Notes: generated by a model not told the origin, from the letters alone. A DNA stretch of 36,469 nucleotides from an uncultured Bacilli bacterium (GCA_947591175.1 CANQDB010000001.1:1-36469); one strand, 5' to 3'. Shown: positions 1 through 8,495, counted from the stretch's first letter. Translations and numbers: made by a program.

Positions 1-68
1 TAAAAGTTTCACTTTACGTGAAGTATATTTCCTTTTGTAATCTCCTCTAGTATATCTAGTATATATTC

Positions 69-100
69 ATTATAAGCCAAACATACCCCCCCCCAGTCAA
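69..100 (-). promoter_or_regulatory. Promoter P1 copy 1: TTGACT, 20-nt spacer with G9, TATAAT
   Basis: Minus strand reads TTGACT (95-100), GGGGGGGGG (86-94), TATGTTTGGCT, TATAAT (69-74). Confidence 0.5.
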
Positions 101-109
101 GCAAATCAG

Positions 110-137
110 CAAAAAACACCTGTCAAATTGACAAGTG
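110..137 (-). terminator. Intrinsic terminator after the 260-aa gene; part of the cassette
   Basis: Minus strand CACTTGTCAATTTGACAGGTG hairpin (117-137) followed by TTTTTT. Confidence 0.6.
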
Positions 138-163
138 CTTGATATTACTTTCTAAACTTTCTT

Positions 164-946
164 TTAAGCAAATAGTTTTGGTAAAACGTAAATTACAACT
201 ATAAGTGTAACTACTACAGCAGGTACATAAACTAATGCTAAACGGTTATGATCTAAGTTAGATGCTGCAACGATTCCTTGTAATAAGTAAATAGCATAGA
301 ACAAACTACCAACAAGAAGAACGATTAACATTAACCATCCGCTGATGTACATAAAGATTGTCGTAACTAACATAATGATAGTGTTGTAAACTGCTACTAC
401 ACCAACTAAAGCAAATGCTTTACGAATATCCATATCGCTTTTAAAGATTGCTCCAGCAAACACGTAAATCATAAGAGCCATCATTGCTAAAGTTGCCGCT
501 GAAGTTACGAATCCTTGTAAGAAAGTCTTTATAAAGTCAACTTGGAAACCAAATGCTGACAAACTAGAACTTGATAGTCCTCCTAAAGGAACTCCAGCCA
601 TGTCACCAACTGCTTTAATAATACTTACAGTACCTTCTGTTGCCAAGCAATATTGGAAAATTCCCATTACGATGCAGGCAATCACCATTGAAGCAATACC
701 TAAACCTAAGTTCTTACTAGTTGCATATTTCTTAATCGTATCAATTGGCTTAGTAAATAAACCTTTGATGATATCTAAATAAGAATTAGCATACCAATTG
801 AAATCAATTCCTGTTGCAGGAGCAGCCTCAGTTGCTACCGTTTTTCCCTCAGTTTTAGCAGCCTTTGCTCCAGTCTTTTTCTTTTCACAGTCACATACTT
901 GACCGTCTTCTAGTTTTTTACCACATTTTGTACAAAATTTTGCCAT
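164..946 (-). CDS. Zinc-ribbon domain membrane protein, Yip1-like multi-pass
   Basis: N-terminal CxxC...CxC (FCTKCGKKLEDGQVCDC) followed by about 5 hydrophobic helices. RBS GAGGAGGA lies upstream of the ATG. Confidence 0.7.
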   Translation of the reverse strand: MAKFCTKCGKKLEDGQVCDCEKKKTGAKAAKTEGKTVATEAAPATGIDFNWYANSYLDIIKGLFTKPIDTIKKYATSKNLGLGIASMVIACIVMGIFQYCLATEGTVSIIKAVGDMAGVPLGGLSSSSLSAFGFQVDFIKTFLQGFVTSAATLAMMALMIYVFAGAIFKSDMDIRKAFALVGVVAVYNTIIMLVTTIFMYISGWLMLIVLLVGSLFYAIYLLQGIVAASNLDHNRLALVYVPAVVVTLIVVIYVLPKLFA

Positions 947-1003
947 AATTTCCTCCTCATATTACCATTTTATTTCTTTATTTCATAAATATTATGACCA
1001 ATT

Positions 1004-2257
1004 TTAATAGAAATACGTTTCTGTATTACTCATATCATATAAATGATAAGCATTATCTAAGAAATCGTATGTCATAGTCGTATAGAAATAATCATTTGAA
1101 TCACGTGTTTGGACTTCACCACTATAGTTTTCATACGAAGTGCTATACTTATAATTTATAGTACAATAAATTTCGATTCTTCCTTCATCGTTTAATTCGA
1201 CAGAAGATAAGCGAACACTAGTTACATCGAACGCTGTAAGTTGACGATAACTACTATCTACGACATCATCGTAAAGATCCGTGTAAGTATCTTCGAAATC
1301 AGATAAGGTAACATCTCCGTATTGGTAACTACTCTTTACATCAGTCCAAGTCTTCTTAGCTAAGATATTTTGATATAAAGTGTTAACATCTGTTTTAATT
1401 TGGTCTTGTAAACCAGAAATTTGATCACTTGTAAGTTCATCTAACGAAAGTTCTGCTTCATAATCATCATATGATGAAGGTGTAACATCATCTTCGATAA
1501 CAAAACCATTAGCTAGAGAAACCTTAATAGGTGTCTCCATTGTGAAGATAACTGGAATCTTGTATACATCTTGTGATTCCGTAGAATCTTTTTTATCGAG
1601 ATATTTATCTGCTACATCGACTCCATCGATACTAATCTTTGCTCCTTTTGGAACTTTCATTTCGTAGTCTTTTACGACATAATCATCAGTATCCAAAGCC
1701 ACTTTCCATTGATCGAATAGTAATAACGCTTTACCATCCTTAACTAATTTTACATTAATTGAATCTTCTTCGCCAGTTTCTCTTAAAGCACATTTTACCG
1801 TAACCGTAGCATTCGTATTAGTTGATCCATAACGGACATTTGTTACTGTACAACCCGCAACATCAAGATCTTCTCCTTTGCTTTCTTCAGCGTGTTCTAC
1901 GAATTTGTCTTTCGATACGAAAGTTGTATCACTTCCTAAATTCAAATACGAATACAACCTATTAGCATCCTGATGAATTACCGCATCGACATATTCCAAT
2001 GCCACTGTATTAGGACTATACTGGTTACTTAAAACCATATAACCTGCTACTAAAACAACTAGAACAACACCACCTACGATAAGACCAATCTTTGTCTTTT
2101 TAGACATTGGTTTACGAGGTTCTTTTGGTGTAACTGGAGCAGTTTCTTGCTTTTCATCTTCTTCTTTTTTAGAATCTGCTTCAGGTACAGGTGCCCCACA
2201 TTCTTCACAGAATTGAGCGCCTTTTTTCAATTTGGCTCCACACTCGCCACAAAACAT
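1004..2257 (-). CDS. Zinc-ribbon anchored single-pass membrane protein with a large extracytoplasmic domain (TcaA-like architecture)
   Basis: MFCGECGAKLKKGAQFCEECG double CxxC, one TM helix (IGLIVGGVVLVVLVAGYMVL). The ATG at 2257 is preferred over the GTG at 2266 because AAGGAG lies 8 nt upstream. Confidence 0.7.
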   Translation of the reverse strand: MFCGECGAKLKKGAQFCEECGAPVPEADSKKEEDEKQETAPVTPKEPRKPMSKKTKIGLIVGGVVLVVLVAGYMVLSNQYSPNTVALEYVDAVIHQDANRLYSYLNLGSDTTFVSKDKFVEHAEESKGEDLDVAGCTVTNVRYGSTNTNATVTVKCALRETGEEDSINVKLVKDGKALLLFDQWKVALDTDDYVVKDYEMKVPKGAKISIDGVDVADKYLDKKDSTESQDVYKIPVIFTMETPIKVSLANGFVIEDDVTPSSYDDYEAELSLDELTSDQISGLQDQIKTDVNTLYQNILAKKTWTDVKSSYQYGDVTLSDFEDTYTDLYDDVVDSSYRQLTAFDVTSVRLSSVELNDEGRIEIYCTINYKYSTSYENYSGEVQTRDSNDYFYTTMTYDFLDNAYHLYDMSNTETYFY

Positions 2258-2327
2258 TACATTCACTCCTTTTCACTACTAAGTATAAGACAACTTACAA
2301 AAAAATACAACAGAAATCGACATCTTT

Positions 2328-3743
2328 TTATCGTTTCCGTTGTATTTTCTTTTTGATTATAGAAAAGACTTTTTTAATGAATGGCATGTTGTAAACTAAG
2401 AAGAGAATTGCCGCTAAAATGGCGCCTAAAATATAAAAATAAAGGTTTTTACTGTAGTAGCAGAAGACTATTATAACTCCATAGAATAAATATGTTAAAA
2501 ACATTTTATAATCTAATTTTATCTTCATGTATTTTCGAATATCGATATAACGATATATGGCCATCGTAAAATAGGCAACTAAAGTTGAAATTGATGCTGC
2601 ATATAAGCCGATAACCTTAATGAGGGCTAAATCGATAACAATATTTATTAACGCCGCAAATATCGAAGTTTTAGCCACTTCCTTAGTTCGCTTAAGAGCG
2701 ACATAAATGGATCCCAATAACGAAACTAAAACATTAAAGATAGTTGCAATTAGTAATATTGGTATTTGATAATACGCTCCACTATACCCTTCTCCAATAA
2801 TAAGGAAAGAAAATAAGAATGGCATAAACGCAATAAGACCTAAACACATCGAGACAAAGATACTCATAATAAAGTTAATCATTTTACTAAAGTACTCTGC
2901 ATGGTCATCATCATTAATATACATAGCTGCGGACTCTTGCCAAGTCATATTTAAAATACCAAACAAAGTGATACAAATACTTGAAATCTTATTAGCGGAA
3001 GAATAGACTCCATTTAAACCAATTCCTAATAAACATGTCACGATTATTCTATCCGAAGTATTTACTACCCACCACGATAACTGATTTGGAACAAGCGGAA
3101 TTGAGTATTTCCAAAGTTTCTTTCTCTCACTCTTAGAATAGGTTTTAAAGTCGATGTAACGATATAGTTTTTCTTTAAAGAAGACAAATATACATCCAGC
3201 GATATTTCCAAACAAAGTTGCAGCCAGCATTCCGTTGGCTCCCCAACCGAAGAAAGCAATTAAAATAACATTTAAGATAATAGTAAAACTTCCAGTTATA
3301 AGACTTCCAACAGAGTAAACTCCATTATGTCCAAAACCTCTTGCTATTTCCAAAAAGACATTAGATAATTCGGCAAATATTAAGTTAACTAGCAAAAAGT
3401 ATTGGTATTGGTTATGTATAAAAGGTGATATCAGTAAATAAATAATTGAAAAGATTAAAGTTTGAACTCCAGTCGTCATTAAAACAGTAGTAATTAAAGT
3501 TGTCTTTCTTTCTTCTTTTTTCCGTTCATCTATTAAAAAGCGAAATAATGCTTGATCAATCTGTAAAAATAGTAAAGGTAGCATAAGTGAAATCAAGGTG
3601 TTTAATAAATCGATAGTTCCATATTCTTCAGTAGATAGTAAAGCGGTATATAAAGGCAACAAAAAGAAACTAATAAAACGAGTCGCAATTTTACCTAAAG
3701 CCACGACCAGAGTATTTTTAGCTAGTTGTTTTTCGCGATTCAT
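2328..3743 (-). CDS. MOP-superfamily oligosaccharide/polysaccharide flippase (Wzx-like)
   Basis: 471 aa with about 12-14 TM helices. N-terminus LAKNTLVVALGKIATRFISFFLLPLYTALLSTEEYG is typical of the Polysacc_synt family. RBS AAGGAG. Confidence 0.75.
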   Translation of the reverse strand: MNREKQLAKNTLVVALGKIATRFISFFLLPLYTALLSTEEYGTIDLLNTLISLMLPLLFLQIDQALFRFLIDERKKEERKTTLITTVLMTTGVQTLIFSIIYLLISPFIHNQYQYFLLVNLIFAELSNVFLEIARGFGHNGVYSVGSLITGSFTIILNVILIAFFGWGANGMLAATLFGNIAGCIFVFFKEKLYRYIDFKTYSKSERKKLWKYSIPLVPNQLSWWVVNTSDRIIVTCLLGIGLNGVYSSANKISSICITLFGILNMTWQESAAMYINDDDHAEYFSKMINFIMSIFVSMCLGLIAFMPFLFSFLIIGEGYSGAYYQIPILLIATIFNVLVSLLGSIYVALKRTKEVAKTSIFAALINIVIDLALIKVIGLYAASISTLVAYFTMAIYRYIDIRKYMKIKLDYKMFLTYLFYGVIIVFCYYSKNLYFYILGAILAAILFLVYNMPFIKKVFSIIKKKIQRKR

Positions 3744-3808
3744 AGTTCCACTCCTTTCTACTTAAGAACATCTTTATTGTAATACTTTATTCGAGTTTTC
3801 ACAAGACG

Positions 3809-3839
3809 TAAAAAACCGTGTAGGTTTAGTTACACAGTT
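3809..3839 (-). terminator. Intrinsic terminator after paralog A
   Basis: Minus strand AACTGTGTA-loop-TACACGGTT (9 bp, one G-U) followed by TTTTT. Confidence 0.6.
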
Positions 3840-3858
3840 GGTTACATAAGATTTTAGA

Positions 3859-5859
3859 TTATGGAACCAAAACCAGGTGGAACGAGTTGGTGACGTTCGC
3901 ATCCCCAATGTAGTAGCCGAAGTCGAATACACCCGTACTAGAATTGTGATAGATGCCGCCGCGGCAGAACCAAGGTTGCGACGATTTCACGAAATATTGA
4001 TTGTCATTATACCATCCGGCTGTTTCCGATAAAGCATGTCCATAACATATTCCTTCTTCACATGCTAAAGAAGCAGACTCATCTTCAGGATTCGAACTTG
4101 TGTATAAATCATAATATTTTTCATTTGGAAAGTCTATTCCAACATTCGAACAATCTCCTGAACGACATGTTCCATTAAAGCCCGAATTAGCTACTAGTAA
4201 AAATCCGCTTCTTGGTTGTCCATCGTCATCAGCGAGAACTCCCATGACATATTCATCTGCTCCTCCTGACATATCATACACTCCTGTGATATTTCCAGTA
4301 GTCGAGGCTCCAGGGCCTGCTAATCCTTTTCCATCTTTTAAATCTGTCATATCATCATATTCATATTGTCCTTCTTGTCTAGAGTCTTCTTGAGATGGTG
4401 TTCCATTACTATTTCCCGTTATATAAGTAGTTGATTTATTTTGATATACTTCTTTATTGGCACCATTATATAAAGAATTTCCATACTTTCCATATGTACT
4501 TTGTGAAAGATATGCTATTGCTCCCCACTCACTATTCTTACTCATATGAGTATCTTCTATTCCACTAAATCCATACTCTTCTTTAAATTCATTTGCCATT
4601 TTTTGCGATACTGTAAAGGCTTTAGCCACTTGAATATGTCCCCAGGATACAACATTTGGCTTTATTTGTGGTTTTATTGTATCTACATTACAAGTTTCTT
4701 TACCACTACAAGATGTTTCAGGACTCGTTTCAAATTTTCCATACCAGAATCCTTCTAATTCTTCTTCTCCAAAAGTAAATGCTGGATGTAATTTATAATT
4801 TCCTCCACTTTCTCCTGCTGTTCCACTTAAAAACTGCACCTTTATTTCTCCTGGAGTTTCTTGTGAACCTCCTGCATATTCAGCAATATTTACATAATCA
4901 TACTCATATCTTGGTATCCATACCCACATCGTATTGATATATTGTTCATCAATTACAGTATTTTCTGTAGCCCGAGTCAATGTTTCTCTTTGTTCTTCGA
5001 CTACTGTTACGGCATTAGCCCATTCTTGATTACAATAATTATACCAACTATTATCTTTGTTATCTTTGTCTGCTACTACCCAATTTCCATCTTTATAAAC
5101 AACTGGAATCATTCCTTGGGCTAATTGTGGTGCATTTGGTGTTGGTAATTCTTCACAAGTATTTTGTGATTCATTTTTTGGTTCAAGTGGTGGAGGTAAT
5201 TCTTCATTACTTGCATACACATTAACATTTACTGTGAACGTCTTTCCACCATATACCCATGAACCATTCTCATCAAATTCACTGGCACTTTCATCTATCC
5301 ACATACGATATCTATATGTCTTTTTAAAGTCTTCTTGATTTTCTTCTACCTTATCTTGTTCTAATGTCTTACCATTTCCTTCTTCTATTACAGATGGTTC
5401 TTGGCTTATCCATAGTTTGTTATAGATATTTACTTCTTGATTTGTCCATTTGTTTTGGATTGGTGTTTCACTATCTACTTCTCCTACACTTGTTAAATAT
5501 GTATCTACTACTTTTTCTTCTAGGGTAGAGCCATCTTTCTTCGTTAAATAGATTCCATAGTAAATTGGTGAACCTAGGGTCGTTGCCCTTACTTCGAACT
5601 CAAACATTCCTTGTCCACTTTGAGTTTTTCCATCGTCTGTTGTCATTGGAAAAGCATTTTGAATATTGATACTATTACTTGGCTTTTCGCTTAACTCATC
5701 ATAGACAAAGTATAATCTACCTGTTGTTAAAACGTTTTCTTGTTGTCCTTGTCTAGTATAAGTATAAAATGCATATGTTCCGCCTATCGTTAAGAGAACT
5801 AAACCTAGTACTAAAACTAGTATTAATACTTTCTTTTTTTGATTGTTTTTTTCGTCCAT
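3859..5859 (-). CDS. Family paralog A: SipW-type signal + TasA-like N-module + Cys-rich FGE/C-type-lectin-like C-module (666 aa)
   Basis: KKKVLILVLVLGLVLLTIGGTYAFYTY signal. The N-module is shared with 12528-13979. The C-module motifs WVWIPRYEY, HPAFTFGEEELEGFWYGKFETS, TGNITGVYDMSGGADEY and CRGG are shared with 32097-35042. Confidence 0.85.
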   Translation of the reverse strand: MDEKNNQKKKVLILVLVLGLVLLTIGGTYAFYTYTRQGQQENVLTTGRLYFVYDELSEKPSNSINIQNAFPMTTDDGKTQSGQGMFEFEVRATTLGSPIYYGIYLTKKDGSTLEEKVVDTYLTSVGEVDSETPIQNKWTNQEVNIYNKLWISQEPSVIEEGNGKTLEQDKVEENQEDFKKTYRYRMWIDESASEFDENGSWVYGGKTFTVNVNVYASNEELPPPLEPKNESQNTCEELPTPNAPQLAQGMIPVVYKDGNWVVADKDNKDNSWYNYCNQEWANAVTVVEEQRETLTRATENTVIDEQYINTMWVWIPRYEYDYVNIAEYAGGSQETPGEIKVQFLSGTAGESGGNYKLHPAFTFGEEELEGFWYGKFETSPETSCSGKETCNVDTIKPQIKPNVVSWGHIQVAKAFTVSQKMANEFKEEYGFSGIEDTHMSKNSEWGAIAYLSQSTYGKYGNSLYNGANKEVYQNKSTTYITGNSNGTPSQEDSRQEGQYEYDDMTDLKDGKGLAGPGASTTGNITGVYDMSGGADEYVMGVLADDDGQPRSGFLLVANSGFNGTCRSGDCSNVGIDFPNEKYYDLYTSSNPEDESASLACEEGICYGHALSETAGWYNDNQYFVKSSQPWFCRGGIYHNSSTGVFDFGYYIGDANVTNSFHLVLVP

Positions 5860-5889
5860 AATAAAATCAACTCCCTCTATGTTAATTAC

Positions 5890-5921
5890 ATTATAAGCCT
5901 ATCATACCCCCCCCCAGTCAA
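5890..5921 (-). promoter_or_regulatory. Promoter P1 copy 2: TTGACT, 20-nt spacer with G9, TATAAT
   Basis: Minus strand TTGACT (5916-5921), G9 (5907-5915), TATGATAGGCT, TATAAT (5890-5895). This is the only promoter-like element between the parC terminator and the ATG at 5859. Confidence 0.55.
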
Positions 5922-5931
5922 GCAAATTAAC

Positions 5932-5958
5932 AAAAAACACCTGTCAAATTGACAAGTG
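5932..5958 (-). terminator. Intrinsic terminator after parC; part of the cassette
   Basis: CACTTGTCAATTTGACAGGTG hairpin followed by TTTTTT on the minus strand, 6 nt after the parC stop. Confidence 0.6.
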
Positions 5959-5963
5959 TAAAA

Positions 5964-8495
5964 TTAAATATCTAAGAAATCGTCGATTGTCATCAGACGA
6001 TCATCGATTTCTTTTAACGAGACCGTTTTCTTTACTGGCTCCTTTTGGGCTTCGTTACTTTCGATTTCCATTTCTTCTTTTTTCTCTAAATCCTTAACAA
6101 GGAAGGCATCGATTAATACTCCTTTATGAACTGTACTTCCAGTTGAATAACGATCCATAATTGGAAGTTCCGTTAATTTAATAGTATCGATTCCATCACC
6201 TTTGAAACCCAAATAGTTCTTAGTATCGACTACAAAGGTTCGTAAAACGTGATATGGATTAGTCTTCACTTCCCGGAATAGTAAAAGTCCACGTCTTGCT
6301 CTCGTTGATTTCTCAAAATCTGAAAGTTTAACTCGTTTACCAGTACCTTTATCGGTTACAACTGAAACATACTCGGTATTATTAGCATTGAAACAGGCAA
6401 CACTTACTACTTCGTCATCTTTCAAATTAATTCCTTTAACTCCACTAGTTTTAGTACCGACAAGTGGAATATCATCTCTATCGAACCATAAACCATAGCC
6501 ATTCTTAGTACCGATAAAGATATCGTTATAAGTCGTAAAGAAAGCATCCACGACATGATCTTTATCCTTTAACTTCATACAAGTAACAGGCTTAGTGTAT
6601 CTTGCAATCTTGAAGTCTTTTAAAGGGGTACGCTTAATCATACCACTAGCACTAGCAATCGTAATATCTTGGTTCGTTTCAAATGATGATACTGGAAGGG
6701 CTGCGACTAATTCTTCGGTTTCATCCATTTTGATAATATTACTTATGTGTTTACCTAAATCTTTCCATTTTAAATCAGGTAATTCGTGCACTGGCACAAA
6801 TAGATAATTTCCTAAGTTCGTAAATAATAACAAAGTATCCCAAGTATTAAGTTCAAAGCACCCTATTAGGTAATCGTTTTCTTTAAGACTCGTATCTTCA
6901 TTAGTTGCTTGGAAACTTCTAAAACTACTCCGTTTAACGTAACCATCTCTGGTAACAGTTACAATGACATCTTCTTTTGGAATCATAGCGGACGTATCGA
7001 TTGTAATCTCAGTTATTTCATCCTTGATTTCTGTTTTACGCAGAAGTCCATACTCTTTCTTAACTCGTCTTAATTCTTCTTTCATAACTTCTTTAAGTTT
7101 TTCTTCGTCCGATAGAATTTTTTCAAGGCCTGCTACGACGATTCTTAAATTCTTTAACTCTTCCTCTAGTAAAGTGACATCGGTATTCGTCAATTTATAA
7201 AGTTGTAAGTTGACGATAGCCTCGGCCTGTTCCATCGTAAATTCAAACTCTTTAACTAAGTTTTCTTTAGCATCGGTTTTATTTTTACTACCTCTAATAA
7301 CTCTGATAACTTCATCTAGAATTGAAAGGCACTTGATAAGTCCTTCGACGATATGAAGACGTTTCTTAGCCGTTGCTAAATCGAAATTAGTTCTTCGTAA
7401 AATTACTTCTTTTTGGTGACGGATATAAGCGTCTAACATTGGAATGAGGCCAAGTAAACGCGGTCTTCTATTCTCGATAGCCACCATGTTGTAGTTATAC
7501 GATATTTGTAAATCGGTATTCTTGTATAAATAATTGAGGACTAAATCACGATTACAATCTTTCTTTAAATCAATAGCAATACGTAAACCATCTCTATCTG
7601 ATTCATCACGGACTTCAATCATACCATCGATTTTCTTATCGATTCTAATTTCATCTATTTTACGAACTAATAAAGCCTTGTTTACTTCGAAAGGAATCTC
7701 ATCGATTACTAAGGTGAGTTTTCCTTTTTCTTCTTCGAACCGCGTTTTCGCCCTAACTACTACACGACCTCGACCTGTTTCATAGGCTTCTCTTATTCCG
7801 TCTTTTCCTTCGACAATTCCACCTGTTGGAAAATCAGGTCCTTTGACGATTTCTAATAACGTTTCAAGTCTGCAATTAGGGTTATCGATTCTATGAATCG
7901 TCGCTTGAATAACTTCATCTAAATTGTGAGGTGGAATATTAGTGGCATATCCTGCAGAAATTCCTGTCGTACCACTTACTAAAAGATTTGGGTACTTGGC
8001 AGGAAGTACCGTTGGCTCCATAATCGTATCATCGAAGTTAGGAGCAAACTGAACAGTATCTTTTTCGATATCTTTTAATAGTTCGTTACTAATCTTGGCA
8101 AGACGTGCTTCCGTATAACGGTAAGCAGCAGGGCTATCACCATCGATTGAACCGTTGTTACCATGCATATCGATATATGGATGACGACTCTTCCAATCTT
8201 GACTCATTCGAACCATTGCTTCATAAATAGAACTATCGCCATGCGGATGGAAATTACCGATAACATCTCCGACTGTTTTAGCACTCTTTCGATAGCCATG
8301 GTCGTAAGTGTTTTTTTCTCTAAACATCGAGTACAAAATACGTCTTTGAACAGGCTTTAATCCATCTCTCACATCGGGAATAGCCCTATCTTGAATGATA
8401 TACTTCGAGTAACTTCCAAATCTTTCACCCATTATCTCTTCGAGTGAATAATGATAAATCTTCTCGATAATTTCTTGTGTTTTTTGTTTCTTCAT
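5964..8495 (-). CDS. parC: DNA topoisomerase IV subunit A
   Basis: FGSYSKYIIQDRAIPDVRDGLKPVQRRILY and catalytic AAYRYTEARL. No GyrA-box after VTRDGYVKRSSFRSF. Sits downstream of parE. Confidence 0.9.
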   Translation of the reverse strand: MKKQKTQEIIEKIYHYSLEEIMGERFGSYSKYIIQDRAIPDVRDGLKPVQRRILYSMFREKNTYDHGYRKSAKTVGDVIGNFHPHGDSSIYEAMVRMSQDWKSRHPYIDMHGNNGSIDGDSPAAYRYTEARLAKISNELLKDIEKDTVQFAPNFDDTIMEPTVLPAKYPNLLVSGTTGISAGYATNIPPHNLDEVIQATIHRIDNPNCRLETLLEIVKGPDFPTGGIVEGKDGIREAYETGRGRVVVRAKTRFEEEKGKLTLVIDEIPFEVNKALLVRKIDEIRIDKKIDGMIEVRDESDRDGLRIAIDLKKDCNRDLVLNYLYKNTDLQISYNYNMVAIENRRPRLLGLIPMLDAYIRHQKEVILRRTNFDLATAKKRLHIVEGLIKCLSILDEVIRVIRGSKNKTDAKENLVKEFEFTMEQAEAIVNLQLYKLTNTDVTLLEEELKNLRIVVAGLEKILSDEEKLKEVMKEELRRVKKEYGLLRKTEIKDEITEITIDTSAMIPKEDVIVTVTRDGYVKRSSFRSFQATNEDTSLKENDYLIGCFELNTWDTLLLFTNLGNYLFVPVHELPDLKWKDLGKHISNIIKMDETEELVAALPVSSFETNQDITIASASGMIKRTPLKDFKIARYTKPVTCMKLKDKDHVVDAFFTTYNDIFIGTKNGYGLWFDRDDIPLVGTKTSGVKGINLKDDEVVSVACFNANNTEYVSVVTDKGTGKRVKLSDFEKSTRARRGLLLFREVKTNPYHVLRTFVVDTKNYLGFKGDGIDTIKLTELPIMDRYSTGSTVHKGVLIDAFLVKDLEKKEEMEIESNEAQKEPVKKTVSLKEIDDRLMTIDDFLDI

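Larger units (their letters stand above)
1..140 (-). repeat. Cassette copy 1, cut by the left window edge: terminator hairpin, G9-spacer promoter and start of the conserved segment
   Basis: Near-identical by eye to 14100-14232 and 35150-35246, and to 5886-5960 for the promoter/terminator part. Has a 9-bp tandem duplication ctagtatat at 47-64 that the other copies lack. Confidence 0.85.
5886..5960 (-). repeat. Cassette copy 2, short form: terminator + G9-spacer promoter, no long leader
   Basis: About 90% identical by eye to 69-140. Sequence downstream of the -10 runs into RBS GAGGGAG and the ATG within 30 nt. Confidence 0.85.

Noticed and set aside
3859-4100. Diversity-generating retroelement targeting the FGE/C-type-lectin-like C-termini of paralogs A and C
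   Set aside because: There is no reverse transcriptase, no template repeat and no near-identical A-mismatched copy of either 3' end anywhere in the window. The two C-termini differ at all base types.
5834-5852. Two A7 runs (coding strand) in the first 10 codons of paralog A, considered as a translational frameshift phase switch
   Set aside because: They simply encode the Lys-rich n-region of the signal peptide. The equivalent runs are interrupted in paralog B and absent in C. The conserved homopolymer is the promoter G-tract.
5938-5958. Palindrome CACCTGTCAAATTGACAAGTG (core TGTCAA-A-TTGACA) in cassette copies 1-3, considered as an operator or a recombinase site
   Set aside because: On the transcribed (minus) strand it is followed immediately by a T6-T7 run and lies just after the stop codon of the upstream gene. 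An intrinsic terminator is therefore the simpler reading. Copy 4 lacks it yet keeps the promoter. A dual role cannot be excluded.
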